Shown: positions 19,360-29,360, counted from the stretch's first letter. The stretch: DNA of 64,000 bases from an uncultured Gammaproteobacteria bacterium (GCA_964522515.1 CAZFWC010000001.1:14536-78535), one strand, 5' to 3'. The notes: a model not told the origin generated them from the sequence alone. Numbers and translations: made by a program.

Positions 19360-20491
19360 TCATCTTAACATTTTTTTCGTTTTTTGTCAACCATTTAATC
19401 TTACTAACTAAGTCTTGAATATCATTTGATTTAAATAAATATTTTTCTGGAACCAGCTCAGGTAAAGCTCCAATTTTACTTGCTAAAACAGTTTTGCCTA
19501 GCGCATAACTTTCTAAAACTGAAAGCCCAAAAGTTTCAGGAGCTAACGAAGGAACAATTACAAATTCTGAATTTTTAATTAAATTTTTAAGTTCAGCATT
19601 ATTTTTGTGCCCCAATAATTCAACATTCTTTAATGAATAATTAATAATGAACAGTGAATAATTATTTTTTTCTGGTCCTTCACCAACTATTTTTAATTTT
19701 ATTTCTGGCAGTTGTTTTATTGCTTCTAATAAAATTTCCACACCTTTTTCATTTGATAATCTTCCAAAATATAAAATATATTTTTCTTTCTTGTGTTCAA
19801 GTGTTTTTGTGTTCAAGTGTTTTTGTGTAAAAACAAAATGCAATAAAATTTTTATTTTATTTTTATCAAATCCAGCTTGAATTAATTTATCAGCTACAAA
19901 TTTACTTGGCGCAATAAATATATCAATATTTTTTTCATAAACTTTTAAAATTTTATGGTGCAAATACATTTCAACAACACTAATCAAAGACTGAACACTA
20001 GAATTGTTCACACATTTATCTTTTAAACATTTATAATATTTACTGCCGCAAATTTTTTCATAAAGTTTATTGTTTAAAAATAAATTATAATTTGGTGAAA
20101 TCAAAGAATAATCGTGAACTGTCATTATAATTGGAATATTTTGTTTTTTAAAAATTGGTAAAATAGAAGGTGAAATTTGATGATAAATATTATTTAAATG
20201 CGCAACATCAATTTTATTTTCAACTAATATTTTTTTAATTTTTCTTCTAGCTTCAAAAGACCACCAAAATCTAAAAACAATTTTAAAATTTTGAAAAATA
20301 TTCCAGTTGGGTTTAGTTTTTATTTCAGAAATAAAATATTTACTAAATTTTGTTGCTAAATTTTTTTGATGTTGCATTGCAAAAGGAACAACTGTGTGTC
20401 CTTTATTTTCTAATAATTTTTTTAAATCAAAAAAGTAGCGTTCCGCGCCGCCTTTCAGAAAATAAAATTTGTTAATCAGTAAAATATTCAT
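19268..20491 (-). CDS. GT4 family glycosyltransferase
   Basis: GT-B fold, ETFGLSVLESYALGKTVLAS (E-X7-E region); internal 16-nt tandem duplication. Confidence 0.7.
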   Translation of the reverse strand: MNILLINKFYFLKGGAERYFFDLKKLLENKGHTVVPFAMQHQKNLATKFSKYFISEIKTKPNWNIFQNFKIVFRFWWSFEARRKIKKILVENKIDVAHLNNIYHQISPSILPIFKKQNIPIIMTVHDYSLISPNYNLFLNNKLYEKICGSKYYKCLKDKCVNNSSVQSLISVVEMYLHHKILKVYEKNIDIFIAPSKFVADKLIQAGFDKNKIKILLHFVFTQKHLNTKTLEHKKEKYILYFGRLSNEKGVEILLEAIKQLPEIKLKIVGEGPEKNNYSLFIINYSLKNVELLGHKNNAELKNLIKNSEFVIVPSLAPETFGLSVLESYALGKTVLASKIGALPELVPEKYLFKSNDIQDLVSKIKWLTKNEKNVKMNEYEIQQKVAKLYNSEQYYKELEQIYKFKK

Positions 20492-21258
20492 ATTTTATAT
20501 TTCTTTTTATAATATTTCAAACTTTCTTTACTCCATTTTTTAATTTTGTTTTGACTACTGCTCGCGCCTGTAAAATGTTTAATTTTAATTTTACCTAAAT
20601 ACCAAACTTCAAAACCAAAATTGTTAGCGCGTTTGCAAAAATCTGTATCTTCATAATATAAAAAAAAGTTTTCATCAAACAAACCAATTTTTTCAATAAC
20701 TTGTTTTTTAATTAAAGTGAATCCGCAACCAACATAATCAACTTTTTTGTTTTTATTAAATAAATATTTTGTAAAAAAATTATACATTGTCCAATGCGCC
20801 CAAGGTGTGAACCAATAAAGTTTTAATTTGTAAGCAAGATTAGTCCAAAAACTAGGAAAATTACCAAACGAACCAGCGACTTTATTTCTATAATCAATTT
20901 GCTGACATCCAAAAATTCCAGCGTTTTGATGTTGATTTGCAAATTCAATCATTTGTGAAAAAATATTTTTATCAAATTCAGTGTCAGGATTAATTAAAAA
21001 AATATAATTTCCTTTGGCTTGTTTTAATGCCTGATTATTTGCTTTTGCAAAACCTAAATTTTCTTTATTTTTAATAAATTTTAAATTATTATAATTTTTT
21101 TCTTGAATTATTTTTTCAACTACTTCTGTTGTTTTGTCTTGTGAATTATTATCAATTACAAAAACTTCATCTGAATTTGAAATATTTTTATAAATTGATT
21201 CCAGACATTTTTTAATAAAATTTTGTGAATTGTAAGTTACAGTAATTATACTTAACAT
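20488..21258 (-). CDS. GT2 family glycosyltransferase
   Basis: LSIITVTYNS...VIDNNSQDKT GT-A N-terminal block. Confidence 0.7.
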   Translation of the reverse strand: MLSIITVTYNSQNFIKKCLESIYKNISNSDEVFVIDNNSQDKTTEVVEKIIQEKNYNNLKFIKNKENLGFAKANNQALKQAKGNYIFLINPDTEFDKNIFSQMIEFANQHQNAGIFGCQQIDYRNKVAGSFGNFPSFWTNLAYKLKLYWFTPWAHWTMYNFFTKYLFNKNKKVDYVGCGFTLIKKQVIEKIGLFDENFFLYYEDTDFCKRANNFGFEVWYLGKIKIKHFTGASSSQNKIKKWSKESLKYYKKKYKI

Positions 21259-21262
21259 AAAA

Positions 21263-22723
21263 TTAATTATTATTTTTATTATTAATTAATACAGTAATCA
21301 GACCCATGATTGTCCAATAAAAAATACTTGTTCCGTTAAACATTAAATAAATTGCAAAAAATATTCCAAAAATAGAAATTATATAAAATCCTAATAAAAT
21401 TAAACTTAAAAAATTATCTTTTTGTTTTAATGATTTTAATAAATCTTTTAGATGATAAAAATTAAACAAAATAAAAGGGATAAAACCAAGCAAACCAAGT
21501 TGAACCAACAAACTTGCAAAATCATTATGAATATTTCTAATGTCAATTAAATCAACAAAACCTCTGTATTCAAAATAAAATCGTTGACCAAGCCCAATTC
21601 CTAAAATCGGATTTGATAAAAATTTATTTAAAGCAATTTTCCAAGTTGCTAATCTCCAACCAGTAGCGCTTTCAGTGTTTGCGCCAATTTCAAAAAGCGT
21701 TTGTCCTCTGTTTAAAACTGATGAGAAAAAATTATTGTGCGCAAAAGTATATTCATTTCCAATAACACCATTAATCCAGAAAAAAAATAAGCTAATTAAA
21801 AAAATAATTAAAATAATAGTTAAGCTTAAATTAATAAACTTTGTTTTGTTTTTGAATGATAAAAAATTAAAAATTGTTAAAAAAGCTGTTGCTAAACCAA
21901 GCCACAAATGACGAAACATTCCGCCAATTAAACCAATAATTTGCAGTAAAAAAATAGTTAAATCGCTGAAAAAATTAAAAATATATTTTTTGTAAATCAA
22001 TGAAATTAATAAAATAATAATTGAAAAAGTTAAATAATATGAATGCAAACCAGAAAGATAACGAACCCCTGGTGTGATTTCTGACCAAAGTCCGTGTCCT
22101 GAAATTATTCCGTAAAACACAAATCCTAAAATTAAAATCCCTGTCCAAAAAAGAGTTTTAATTACGCGCATTATGTCTTGTTTATTTTTAAATAATGCAA
22201 TAACTAGAAAATAAACTAATAAATAGCTGTAATTTTTAAAAGTGCCAAGTGCCAATTCCGTGTTTGCATTTTTAAAAAATATACTAATTAATAAATTTAT
22301 AAAAATAAAAATAAAAAATATTATTAGCCAAAGATTTTTTTTATTGCTTAAGAAAATTTTTAAACTAAATTTTTTAATTGGTTGTTGAAACAACCAAGCT
22401 AAAAATGTAAAAATTAAAACAAAATCTAATGCGTAAACTTTGTAAATTGTTTCATTAATTTGAATTGGTAGCAAACTAAAATGTTCACCAAAAATCATTG
22501 TAACTAAAATTGCTGATAAAAATCCAGCTTGTGGTGTTTGCCAAATAAAAATAAATGATAAAATTAAAGCTCCAATATAAATAATAAAATAATTGCCAAT
22601 TATTAAATTGCTTAAAACTAGCAAACCTAAAAACACACTAATAATAATTGTGTTTAGTTCTGTTTTGCCAAAAGATTTTAGATTTTGAATTAAAGTTTGC
22701 ATAAATAAAACATTATTTTTCAC
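21263..22723 (-). CDS. O-antigen ligase/polymerase-like polytopic membrane protein (Wzy/WaaL family candidate)
   Basis: about 12 TM helices with large periplasmic-type loop near C-terminus; locus context. Confidence 0.5.
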   Translation of the reverse strand: MKNNVLFMQTLIQNLKSFGKTELNTIIISVFLGLLVLSNLIIGNYFIIYIGALILSFIFIWQTPQAGFLSAILVTMIFGEHFSLLPIQINETIYKVYALDFVLIFTFLAWLFQQPIKKFSLKIFLSNKKNLWLIIFFIFIFINLLISIFFKNANTELALGTFKNYSYLLVYFLVIALFKNKQDIMRVIKTLFWTGILILGFVFYGIISGHGLWSEITPGVRYLSGLHSYYLTFSIIILLISLIYKKYIFNFFSDLTIFLLQIIGLIGGMFRHLWLGLATAFLTIFNFLSFKNKTKFINLSLTIILIIFLISLFFFWINGVIGNEYTFAHNNFFSSVLNRGQTLFEIGANTESATGWRLATWKIALNKFLSNPILGIGLGQRFYFEYRGFVDLIDIRNIHNDFASLLVQLGLLGFIPFILFNFYHLKDLLKSLKQKDNFLSLILLGFYIISIFGIFFAIYLMFNGTSIFYWTIMGLITVLINNKNNN

Positions 22724-23717
22724 TTAAAAAATTAATTAAAAGTTTTATTATTATATCTTTTTGTTTTGGATCACTTTGGGCAGTGAGCAACGCCAATGCA
22801 ACAAGTGTGTTGTCATTTATTTTTTTCTCGCCGTCTTTTTTTAATAAATAATTATGTTTTGACAAAAAAACAATAAATAAAAAAGACGCAATTCTTTTAT
22901 TTCCATCAACAAAAGGATGGTCTTTAATTACAAAATATAAAAGGTGCGCTGCTTTTTCTTCAATACTTGGATAAAGTTCTTTTTTGTCAAAAGTTTGATA
23001 AAGTGAATTAATAATTTTTTCAAATTCTGCTTTTGCTTTTTCTTTACCAAAAAAATGACTTGCATTTTTTTGTTTTAGCAAATTTATTTTTAACTCAGTA
23101 ACTGCTGTTATAAAATCTTGAAGTTTTAATTTAATTTTACTTTTTTTTGTTTTTGGTGTTGGTATTTTTTCTTCATCGTATTTTTGCAATAAAATCCAAC
23201 TTTGAGCATAATCAGTTATTATTTCTAATAAACCTTGAGATTCTGATTTTAATATTTTTTTATTTTTTATTGTTTGTTTTATAAGTTCTACAGCATTTTC
23301 AAATTCGTCTAAGCCTTTTTCTTGTAATCTTTTTTTGTTTAAAATATAGCCGTTGAATAAATATTTTTTTAATACGGTTGTTGCCCAAATACGAAATTCT
23401 GTAGCTTTTTTTGAATTTACACGATAGCCAACAGAAATAACCATGTCTAGATTATACAAATTTATTTTTCTAATTTTTTTGTCTCCAGCAACTTGTTCCA
23501 AAATGGAACAGGTTATTTTTTTATCTAATTCTTTGCTTTTATAAATATTATTTATATGTTTTACTACTGCTGGTCTTTGCACATCAAAAATATTAGCCAT
23601 CTGACGGACATCTAACCAAATAGTTTCTTTTTCTAATTTTACTTCAAATTTAACAGAGCCTTTTTTAGGTCTATAAATTATAACTTTATTTTGTTGTTGT
23701 TTTTTTTGTTTTATCAT
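22713..23717 (-). CDS. Fic/DOC-family protein with RhuM-like N-terminal domain
   Basis: Fic motif HPFVDGNKRIASF; N-terminal VKFEVKLEKETIWLDVRQMANIF resembles RhuM-family N-termini. Confidence 0.65.
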   Translation of the reverse strand: MIKQKKQQQNKVIIYRPKKGSVKFEVKLEKETIWLDVRQMANIFDVQRPAVVKHINNIYKSKELDKKITCSILEQVAGDKKIRKINLYNLDMVISVGYRVNSKKATEFRIWATTVLKKYLFNGYILNKKRLQEKGLDEFENAVELIKQTIKNKKILKSESQGLLEIITDYAQSWILLQKYDEEKIPTPKTKKSKIKLKLQDFITAVTELKINLLKQKNASHFFGKEKAKAEFEKIINSLYQTFDKKELYPSIEEKAAHLLYFVIKDHPFVDGNKRIASFLFIVFLSKHNYLLKKDGEKKINDNTLVALALLTAQSDPKQKDIIIKLLINFLSEK

Positions 23718-23744
23718 ATTTTAATTTTAACAATTTTTTGTTTT

Positions 23745-23789
23745 TAAAGCAAAAAAAGAACCCCGCTTGATGATTTTCAAGTCGGGGTT
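23745..23789 (-). terminator. Rho-independent terminator downstream of 23825..25819
   Basis: on minus strand AACCCCGACTTGA...TCAAGCGGGGTT followed by T-run. Confidence 0.6.
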
Positions 23790-23824
23790 TAAATATATGT
23801 TTTAACCAGAGTCTCGAATTCTGG

Positions 23825-25819
23825 TTAGGGATTTTTTACAAAATATCCAGGATTGGTGTTGATTTGTGAAATACCAGATCCTTTTTGTAATTGATCCCAA
23901 TAAGCGAATCGTGGTTGAGTTCCGGATCCGCCAGATCCTTCCAAGCCAGGTGTTGCATCTTTCCAAAAAACTCCGTGGCTCAGTCGGGCGTCAGGAATAA
24001 CAAATTCAGTGTAATTTCCTTTGTCAGTTCCTTTAACCCAGTGATTTACAATCCAGCCAGTTGTTTCGTTTTGGTCAGAATCGTAAAGCTCCAGTCCGAG
24101 CCAATTTTCGTGTCCGTCACCAGAAAGTTTTACAACATTTCCAGACGCTTCCACTTTGAGCGGGTTAGCTGGTGTTTCTTCCTCTGCCAAATTAATTTCC
24201 ACCAGTGTCGTTTCATCAGCAACTGTCGTAAATTGTTTGGTTTGAGAAATCCAACCAGATTTTTCAACAGTTACTGAATGATTTCCGATGTTCAACCAGC
24301 TTATTCCTTCACCCCACGGTTGACCATTTAAACTAATGGTTGTGTGTTCCGGAGTGATTACTAAGTTGACCCAGGAGTCAGTAGTTGGTGTTGGTTGATT
24401 CCAATCAAATATGAACCAATTTTTGTAATCTATATTTGTTTCAAATGCAACACCAGAAATCATTTCCGGGTGACAGTCACTGTCTTTGTCGTACCAGTGA
24501 CCAGGATTGTCGACCAATGTGAATCTTCCGTAATCGGTGCAAGGTAGATTGTTTAGATAATATTTATACCAATCACCTTCAACTTGCATTTCAGAAAAAA
24601 ACACTTCAGTAATATTACACAAACTGGCATCAAATTTTACTTTTTCCCAGCCCAATTTTGTAACATTGGCTGAAAAATATAAATAATCTCCGTCACTTTT
24701 TGTTTTCCAGCATTCTGGTATCGGTTCAGGTTCTTCCTCTACCAAATTAATTTTCACTAAAGTTGTCTCATTAGCAACCGTAGTAAACTGTTTCGTTTGA
24801 GAAATCCAACCAGATTTTTCAACAGTTACTGAATGTTGACCAATACTTAGCCATCTTACACCCTCGCCCCAAAGTTGATCATTTAAATTAATGGTTGTGT
24901 TTTCTGGTGTGACCACTAAGTTGACCCAGGAGTCGGTGGTTGGTGTACAATTGTGGTCTAACTGAATTCGAAAGTCGTGTGTCCAATTTCCTGGACCGAC
25001 TTTTCGTGTTTCCAAAAATCCTAAATGATCTTCAGCTGTGGCGGACACAGTATAATCACCAGCTGGTAGATTCTCAATATGAACTGGAATATTTTTTTGC
25101 AAAGTCCCAGTCTGCAATCCATTATTAGGTCCTTTTACTTGGTAAGACGCAGTTTCAGGTCTTACAAGCAAAAGAGTTAGGCGACCAGTTGAGTCGGGTT
25201 CTGATTCTGACAAAACAACCAAAGTCGGATTAAAAGTCGTTGGTTGTTTTTTTAAAATTTCAAATGTTGTCACGAAATTTTGATAATTTTTCCGGCAAAT
25301 TTTTAAATCGTAGAAACCCACCTCAAGTGTGTCGCGAAAAGACGGCTGATCGTCCAAAATGTAGCCAATTAAATTTCCGCTCACCCAAACTTCGGCTCCG
25401 TTTGTGGTTTCATTTTTATTAACCACAAGGTAACCGTATTGAGTGGAGTCAATGGTTGTTGTGTCCTGCGTAGTTGTGTCAGGTTCAGCAACAACAACAG
25501 AATCCAATTCGTAGTGGTACCAACCTGGACCTATTTGGCTAACATTGATATTTTTGAAACCAGATTTTTTAATTACACCAATAATTTTTTCTTCCAAAGA
25601 AACTTGGAAAGAATCAGGTGTAACCAATGAATCAGATCCGTAGAAAAATTTGGCGTTTTGCGGAAAAGTTGAAAAACGGGCTAAATTTTTTGCAGATTCA
25701 TCAACTTTTTCAATTTTTTCTGGCTGATTTGGAGCTTTTTTTCCACAACCAACTACAACAAACAGAGAAATTGCCAAAATGGCAATTAAGACGAGATTTA
25801 AAAAATTTCGATTTAACAT
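23825..25819 (-). CDS. secreted lipoprotein with two near-identical PEGA-like beta-sandwich repeats
   Basis: lipobox VVGCGKK; two roughly 75-aa repeats (TDSWVNLV.TPE.TTI.LN.Q.WGEG..WL.IG.HSVTVEKSGWISQTKQFTTVA.ETTLV.INL) differing at only about 12 positions; locally GC-richer. Confidence 0.5.
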   Translation of the reverse strand: MLNRNFLNLVLIAILAISLFVVVGCGKKAPNQPEKIEKVDESAKNLARFSTFPQNAKFFYGSDSLVTPDSFQVSLEEKIIGVIKKSGFKNINVSQIGPGWYHYELDSVVVAEPDTTTQDTTTIDSTQYGYLVVNKNETTNGAEVWVSGNLIGYILDDQPSFRDTLEVGFYDLKICRKNYQNFVTTFEILKKQPTTFNPTLVVLSESEPDSTGRLTLLLVRPETASYQVKGPNNGLQTGTLQKNIPVHIENLPAGDYTVSATAEDHLGFLETRKVGPGNWTHDFRIQLDHNCTPTTDSWVNLVVTPENTTINLNDQLWGEGVRWLSIGQHSVTVEKSGWISQTKQFTTVANETTLVKINLVEEEPEPIPECWKTKSDGDYLYFSANVTKLGWEKVKFDASLCNITEVFFSEMQVEGDWYKYYLNNLPCTDYGRFTLVDNPGHWYDKDSDCHPEMISGVAFETNIDYKNWFIFDWNQPTPTTDSWVNLVITPEHTTISLNGQPWGEGISWLNIGNHSVTVEKSGWISQTKQFTTVADETTLVEINLAEEETPANPLKVEASGNVVKLSGDGHENWLGLELYDSDQNETTGWIVNHWVKGTDKGNYTEFVIPDARLSHGVFWKDATPGLEGSGGSGTQPRFAYWDQLQKGSGISQINTNPGYFVKNP

Positions 25820-25865
25820 TTCAATACCTCCGTAAAGTTTATTTTTCGTTTCAGTTAATTATTTT

Positions 25866-26846
25866 TTAAAAATCAAAAGTTAAACTACAATATCCTGCCA
25901 TTCTTGTTTGGATTTCAGCAAAGCTGTCATCTGTTTCAAGAACAGCACTACCAAAATGAAGTTTAACTTTTTTCCACGACAAACCTGTTCCGATTTTAAC
26001 TCCGTAGGTCTGTAACGGATACTCAAGACTGTATTTCATCCGATTCAGTTCCTGTCCATAATATGCACCAGCTTCAATAAATATGGATTTAAAAACTGGA
26101 ATTAAAAGAAATGTCTCTGCAAAAATATCTGTTACCGCAGAATCGTCGTAGTGTGGTAAAAGTCCACCACCAAAATAAACTGCAGTTCCAGAATTATTTA
26201 AATTGAATTTTAATCCCCCACCAACTCCTTGCAAATCACGCCAAGAATCAAAAAAATTAATTCCAGTGTAACCCGCGTAAATTTGGATTGGATGGGTTGT
26301 TTTCTTTTTTTCCAACTCATCCAGTTGATTTTTAATCTTCTGGATTTCTTTGTCGTGAGTCAAATCAACCTTAGCTTGCTTTTTTACTTCAACTTCTAAA
26401 TCTTGCAAGCCACCTGTTAATTCTTCAATTTTTTCTGCGGTTTTATCAACTCGCAAAAAAACCAAAACTCCACGGCGAGGTCCAACTTTGCCGAAAAGGA
26501 TTTCCACATATTTAGCGCTTTTGGGAAATTGCTTTTTAATTTCCGCACCAGCCTCAACACCTCTGAATCCAGCTAAACCGTAATTTACAATTTTGCTGAA
26601 AGCAGGTGAAAATTTTTCGTATTCTGTTGAGCGACCTTCCACAGAAATCGTAAAGCCACCACTTTGTGCTAGACTGTCAAATCTTGTCAAAATTGTGTCG
26701 TCTTTTATCTTTTTTAAAAAAGGCATTTCCTTTCTCCAAGATTTCCACGCCTCGTCTTGAATAAATACAGAATCAACAATTTGACTAAATCCTGTATTTA
26801 TCAAAACAAAACTCAACATCAAAAATAAAAAAAATAACTTTTTCAT
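25866..26846 (-). CDS. hypothetical secreted protein (signal peptide, coiled-coil segment, C-terminal aromatic terminus)
   Basis: N-terminal signal peptide; ends ...SLTFDF; no family recognised. Confidence 0.4.
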   Translation of the reverse strand: MKKLFFLFLMLSFVLINTGFSQIVDSVFIQDEAWKSWRKEMPFLKKIKDDTILTRFDSLAQSGGFTISVEGRSTEYEKFSPAFSKIVNYGLAGFRGVEAGAEIKKQFPKSAKYVEILFGKVGPRRGVLVFLRVDKTAEKIEELTGGLQDLEVEVKKQAKVDLTHDKEIQKIKNQLDELEKKKTTHPIQIYAGYTGINFFDSWRDLQGVGGGLKFNLNNSGTAVYFGGGLLPHYDDSAVTDIFAETFLLIPVFKSIFIEAGAYYGQELNRMKYSLEYPLQTYGVKIGTGLSWKKVKLHFGSAVLETDDSFAEIQTRMAGYCSLTFDF

Positions 26847-26953
26847 TTTCAGTTCTCCTTAGTTAATAAATTGTGAAATATTTTTTATATTTATTATTTA
26901 TTTCGTCACCACTACTCACAAAAATGAGTAGCAGGTGAAAAAATAAACACTAG

Positions 26954-27008
26954 AGCCTGTCCGCCGTAGTCCAGTAGTGTTTGTTAAGGGCGAAGGCGGG
27001 TTAGGCGA
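26954..27008. repeat. GC-rich element, short copy abutting stop of 27009..28472
   Basis: CTGTCCGCCGTAGTCCAGTAG...GGCGAAGGCGGGTTAGGCGA. Confidence 0.8.
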
Positions 27009-28472
27009 TTAATAATAACTTTTTCCTGTTTCAAAAGTATTAAGTTCTGCTTCAGAAATTGTTAAAACATCTTCCCAAGCATTTTGATAACGCTCAAAAG
27101 CTGATTCAGTTGCAATCCATCTTTTTTCATTATTCCAAATCCAATAAACTTTATTTGAATCATTAGTTTTTAACATTGTTCCATCAGGATATTTTGACCA
27201 AGCGTAAAATTTTTCGTCAGTCGTTTCATATTGATTAACTTCTTCCCAAGAAACAGAAATAATTGGATGACTTTGATATCTTGCTAAAGCTTGCATATCA
27301 GAAATATGCATTTTTTGATTTTGAGAAATTACAAAAACTTTATTATCAGGCGCTTGTAAAAGCTTACCTTCTTTGTAATATTTAATATTATAACCAGCAA
27401 TTTTTCCTGTCAAGTTGCCTTTTTTTTCAAACAAAGGTTGATTTTTGTAAGCTAAATAATTTTGATTTACGAAATAAGGATTCATTGCCCACTGGTGAAG
27501 AATAAATTCATCAATTCTACCAATTGAGAAAAATTTTCCATCTTCATTGTAGTCATTTCCAATTCTAAAACTTGAACAACCAGTTGCGTTATCATAATTA
27601 TTTGTGTCAACGCGTTTTCCATCAATAAATAAATTCACTTCTCCATTAAATTTACCTTCCCAAGTTAAAGTAAGAAAATGCCATTCATTAGTTCCCCAAT
27701 TTTTATTATCTAAAATATATTCAACAGATGGTAAATTTTCTAAATCATTTCCACCAGCCCAACCAATAATTTTTTTATTAAAATCATCATTTGAATCGCC
27801 AACTTCATAAGCTAATTTGTAACGATTATCATTTGTTTGCCAAATCACAGAACTTTTATCAAATTTATCAAAAGCAATCCAAGCAGTTACTGACCCAAAA
27901 CCAGAATTAAAAGTTTTGTCGCAAGTGTACTGCAAATAACTTTTAGCTGAATTAATTTTTAAAGCATTATTTACAAAACCTTTTTGGTTAAAATCCAAAG
28001 CCCAAGCGTCTTTTATTTTGCTTGGATTTAAACCATTAATATTTTTCCAATAATTATCAAAAAGCAAAGCAAAATAATTTTGATAAACAGTTAGTTGTGG
28101 TTTTGTTCCAGTTGTTTTAAAACTACCAGATTTTTCCAAGCGCTGATCATTTAAATCAAGAGCAACGATTGTATAATAATAAGTTGTGTTAGAATCTAAA
28201 ACTTTTAAAGTTGCAGAATGATTTTTTGTGGACGCGCTTGTTTCAACTAAAGTTCCGTTATTGTGCGTGTCAAGTCCGTAATAAATTTTAGTTGGCGCGC
28301 TTAATCTAGTTTGCCAAGTAATTTTAGCTCCTTGATTGTATTCTTTAATTTCAATATTATCAATTCGTTGATAATTTGAAGCTTCAGCTTGTCCAATTTT
28401 TATTGGAGTAAAAGCAAATCCTACTGCTAGAATTAAAATTACGATTGTGAATTTTGTATTAAAATTTTTCAT
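27009..28472 (-). CDS. hypothetical secreted protein, possible FN3-like plus concanavalin-A/LamG-like domains
   Basis: signal peptide; beta-rich composition; weak motif resemblance only. Confidence 0.35.
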   Translation of the reverse strand: MKNFNTKFTIVILILAVGFAFTPIKIGQAEASNYQRIDNIEIKEYNQGAKITWQTRLSAPTKIYYGLDTHNNGTLVETSASTKNHSATLKVLDSNTTYYYTIVALDLNDQRLEKSGSFKTTGTKPQLTVYQNYFALLFDNYWKNINGLNPSKIKDAWALDFNQKGFVNNALKINSAKSYLQYTCDKTFNSGFGSVTAWIAFDKFDKSSVIWQTNDNRYKLAYEVGDSNDDFNKKIIGWAGGNDLENLPSVEYILDNKNWGTNEWHFLTLTWEGKFNGEVNLFIDGKRVDTNNYDNATGCSSFRIGNDYNEDGKFFSIGRIDEFILHQWAMNPYFVNQNYLAYKNQPLFEKKGNLTGKIAGYNIKYYKEGKLLQAPDNKVFVISQNQKMHISDMQALARYQSHPIISVSWEEVNQYETTDEKFYAWSKYPDGTMLKTNDSNKVYWIWNNEKRWIATESAFERYQNAWEDVLTISEAELNTFETGKSYY

Positions 28473-28554
28473 AAATTTTTTATTATTTTTTTTACCCCTG
28501 TGAAATAATTCCGAGAATTCGGGATTCCAGCTTTGCTGGATTTAACAGGGTAAA

Positions 28555-29193
28555 TTAATTATTAAAATTATTATAAATATTATTTTCTAATTTTTTATTT
28601 ATTTTATAAAATATATTAGCTAAACTTAAAATTAATCCAATCACTAAACCAAAAAATATATTTAAAATAATATTCGGACGCGCGGGATAATTTGAAGTTA
28701 AAGGTTCATTTACAATTTTAATAACAACGCTTGAACCACTTCCGTGATATTCATTTGAATCATTTATTAAAATAAAAGCTACTGCATTTGCAATTTTGTT
28801 TGATTGAATTTTATTTTTATCAAAAACATCAACTCTTAAAATGCTACTTTCTTGTAAAAGATTTGCGCTAATTTTTTTGTTCCAAACTGTTCTTAAATCT
28901 TTTTCATTTTTTGGCAGTTTGTTTTTATCAATATTAAAATTAGTATTTAAAACTTTACTTAAAAATGATTTTGTTTTAATCACAGATATTAAAGTTTGGG
29001 CTAATTTTTCAGAAGCGCGAGCAGATTGATACGAATCCATATTAGCAGATTGCTTTTGAATAATCAATAAATCAACGCGAGTTCTGTATTCTAGAGGTTT
29101 AATTAATGACAAAATTAATGACAAAACAACCATTATTAATGTTGTAACTATAATTGTTTGCCAGTGATTTTTTATTGTATTTAAGTAATTCAT
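28555..29193 (-). CDS. Wzz/YveK-like polysaccharide chain-length determinant (N- and C-terminal TM)
   Basis: topology TM-(periplasmic about 150 aa)-TM typical of Wzz/CpsC N-terminal domain proteins. Confidence 0.45.
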   Translation of the reverse strand: MNYLNTIKNHWQTIIVTTLIMVVLSLILSLIKPLEYRTRVDLLIIQKQSANMDSYQSARASEKLAQTLISVIKTKSFLSKVLNTNFNIDKNKLPKNEKDLRTVWNKKISANLLQESSILRVDVFDKNKIQSNKIANAVAFILINDSNEYHGSGSSVVIKIVNEPLTSNYPARPNIILNIFFGLVIGLILSLANIFYKINKKLENNIYNNFNN

Positions 29194-29360
29194 AAAGAGT
29201 ATTTAACTAAAATTAGCCAAAAATTGTGGAATTAATTATGTTTTCCACAGGTGATTTGTTAATTTAATATATTATCATATTATTAAAAAAATGTCAAGAA
29301 AATAAAAAATCCATACAATGAAATATAGACTTTTTATAAAATTTTTTAGAATGGCAATAT

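Noticed and set aside
23891-25869. Several 60-128-aa plus-strand ORFs (23891..24277, 24940..25128, 25240..25422, 25439..25630, 25627..25869) overlapping the PEGA lipoprotein gene
   Set aside because: They arise because this segment is GC-richer, so stops are rarer. None has SD, promoter or homology, and all are antisense to a strongly supported gene.
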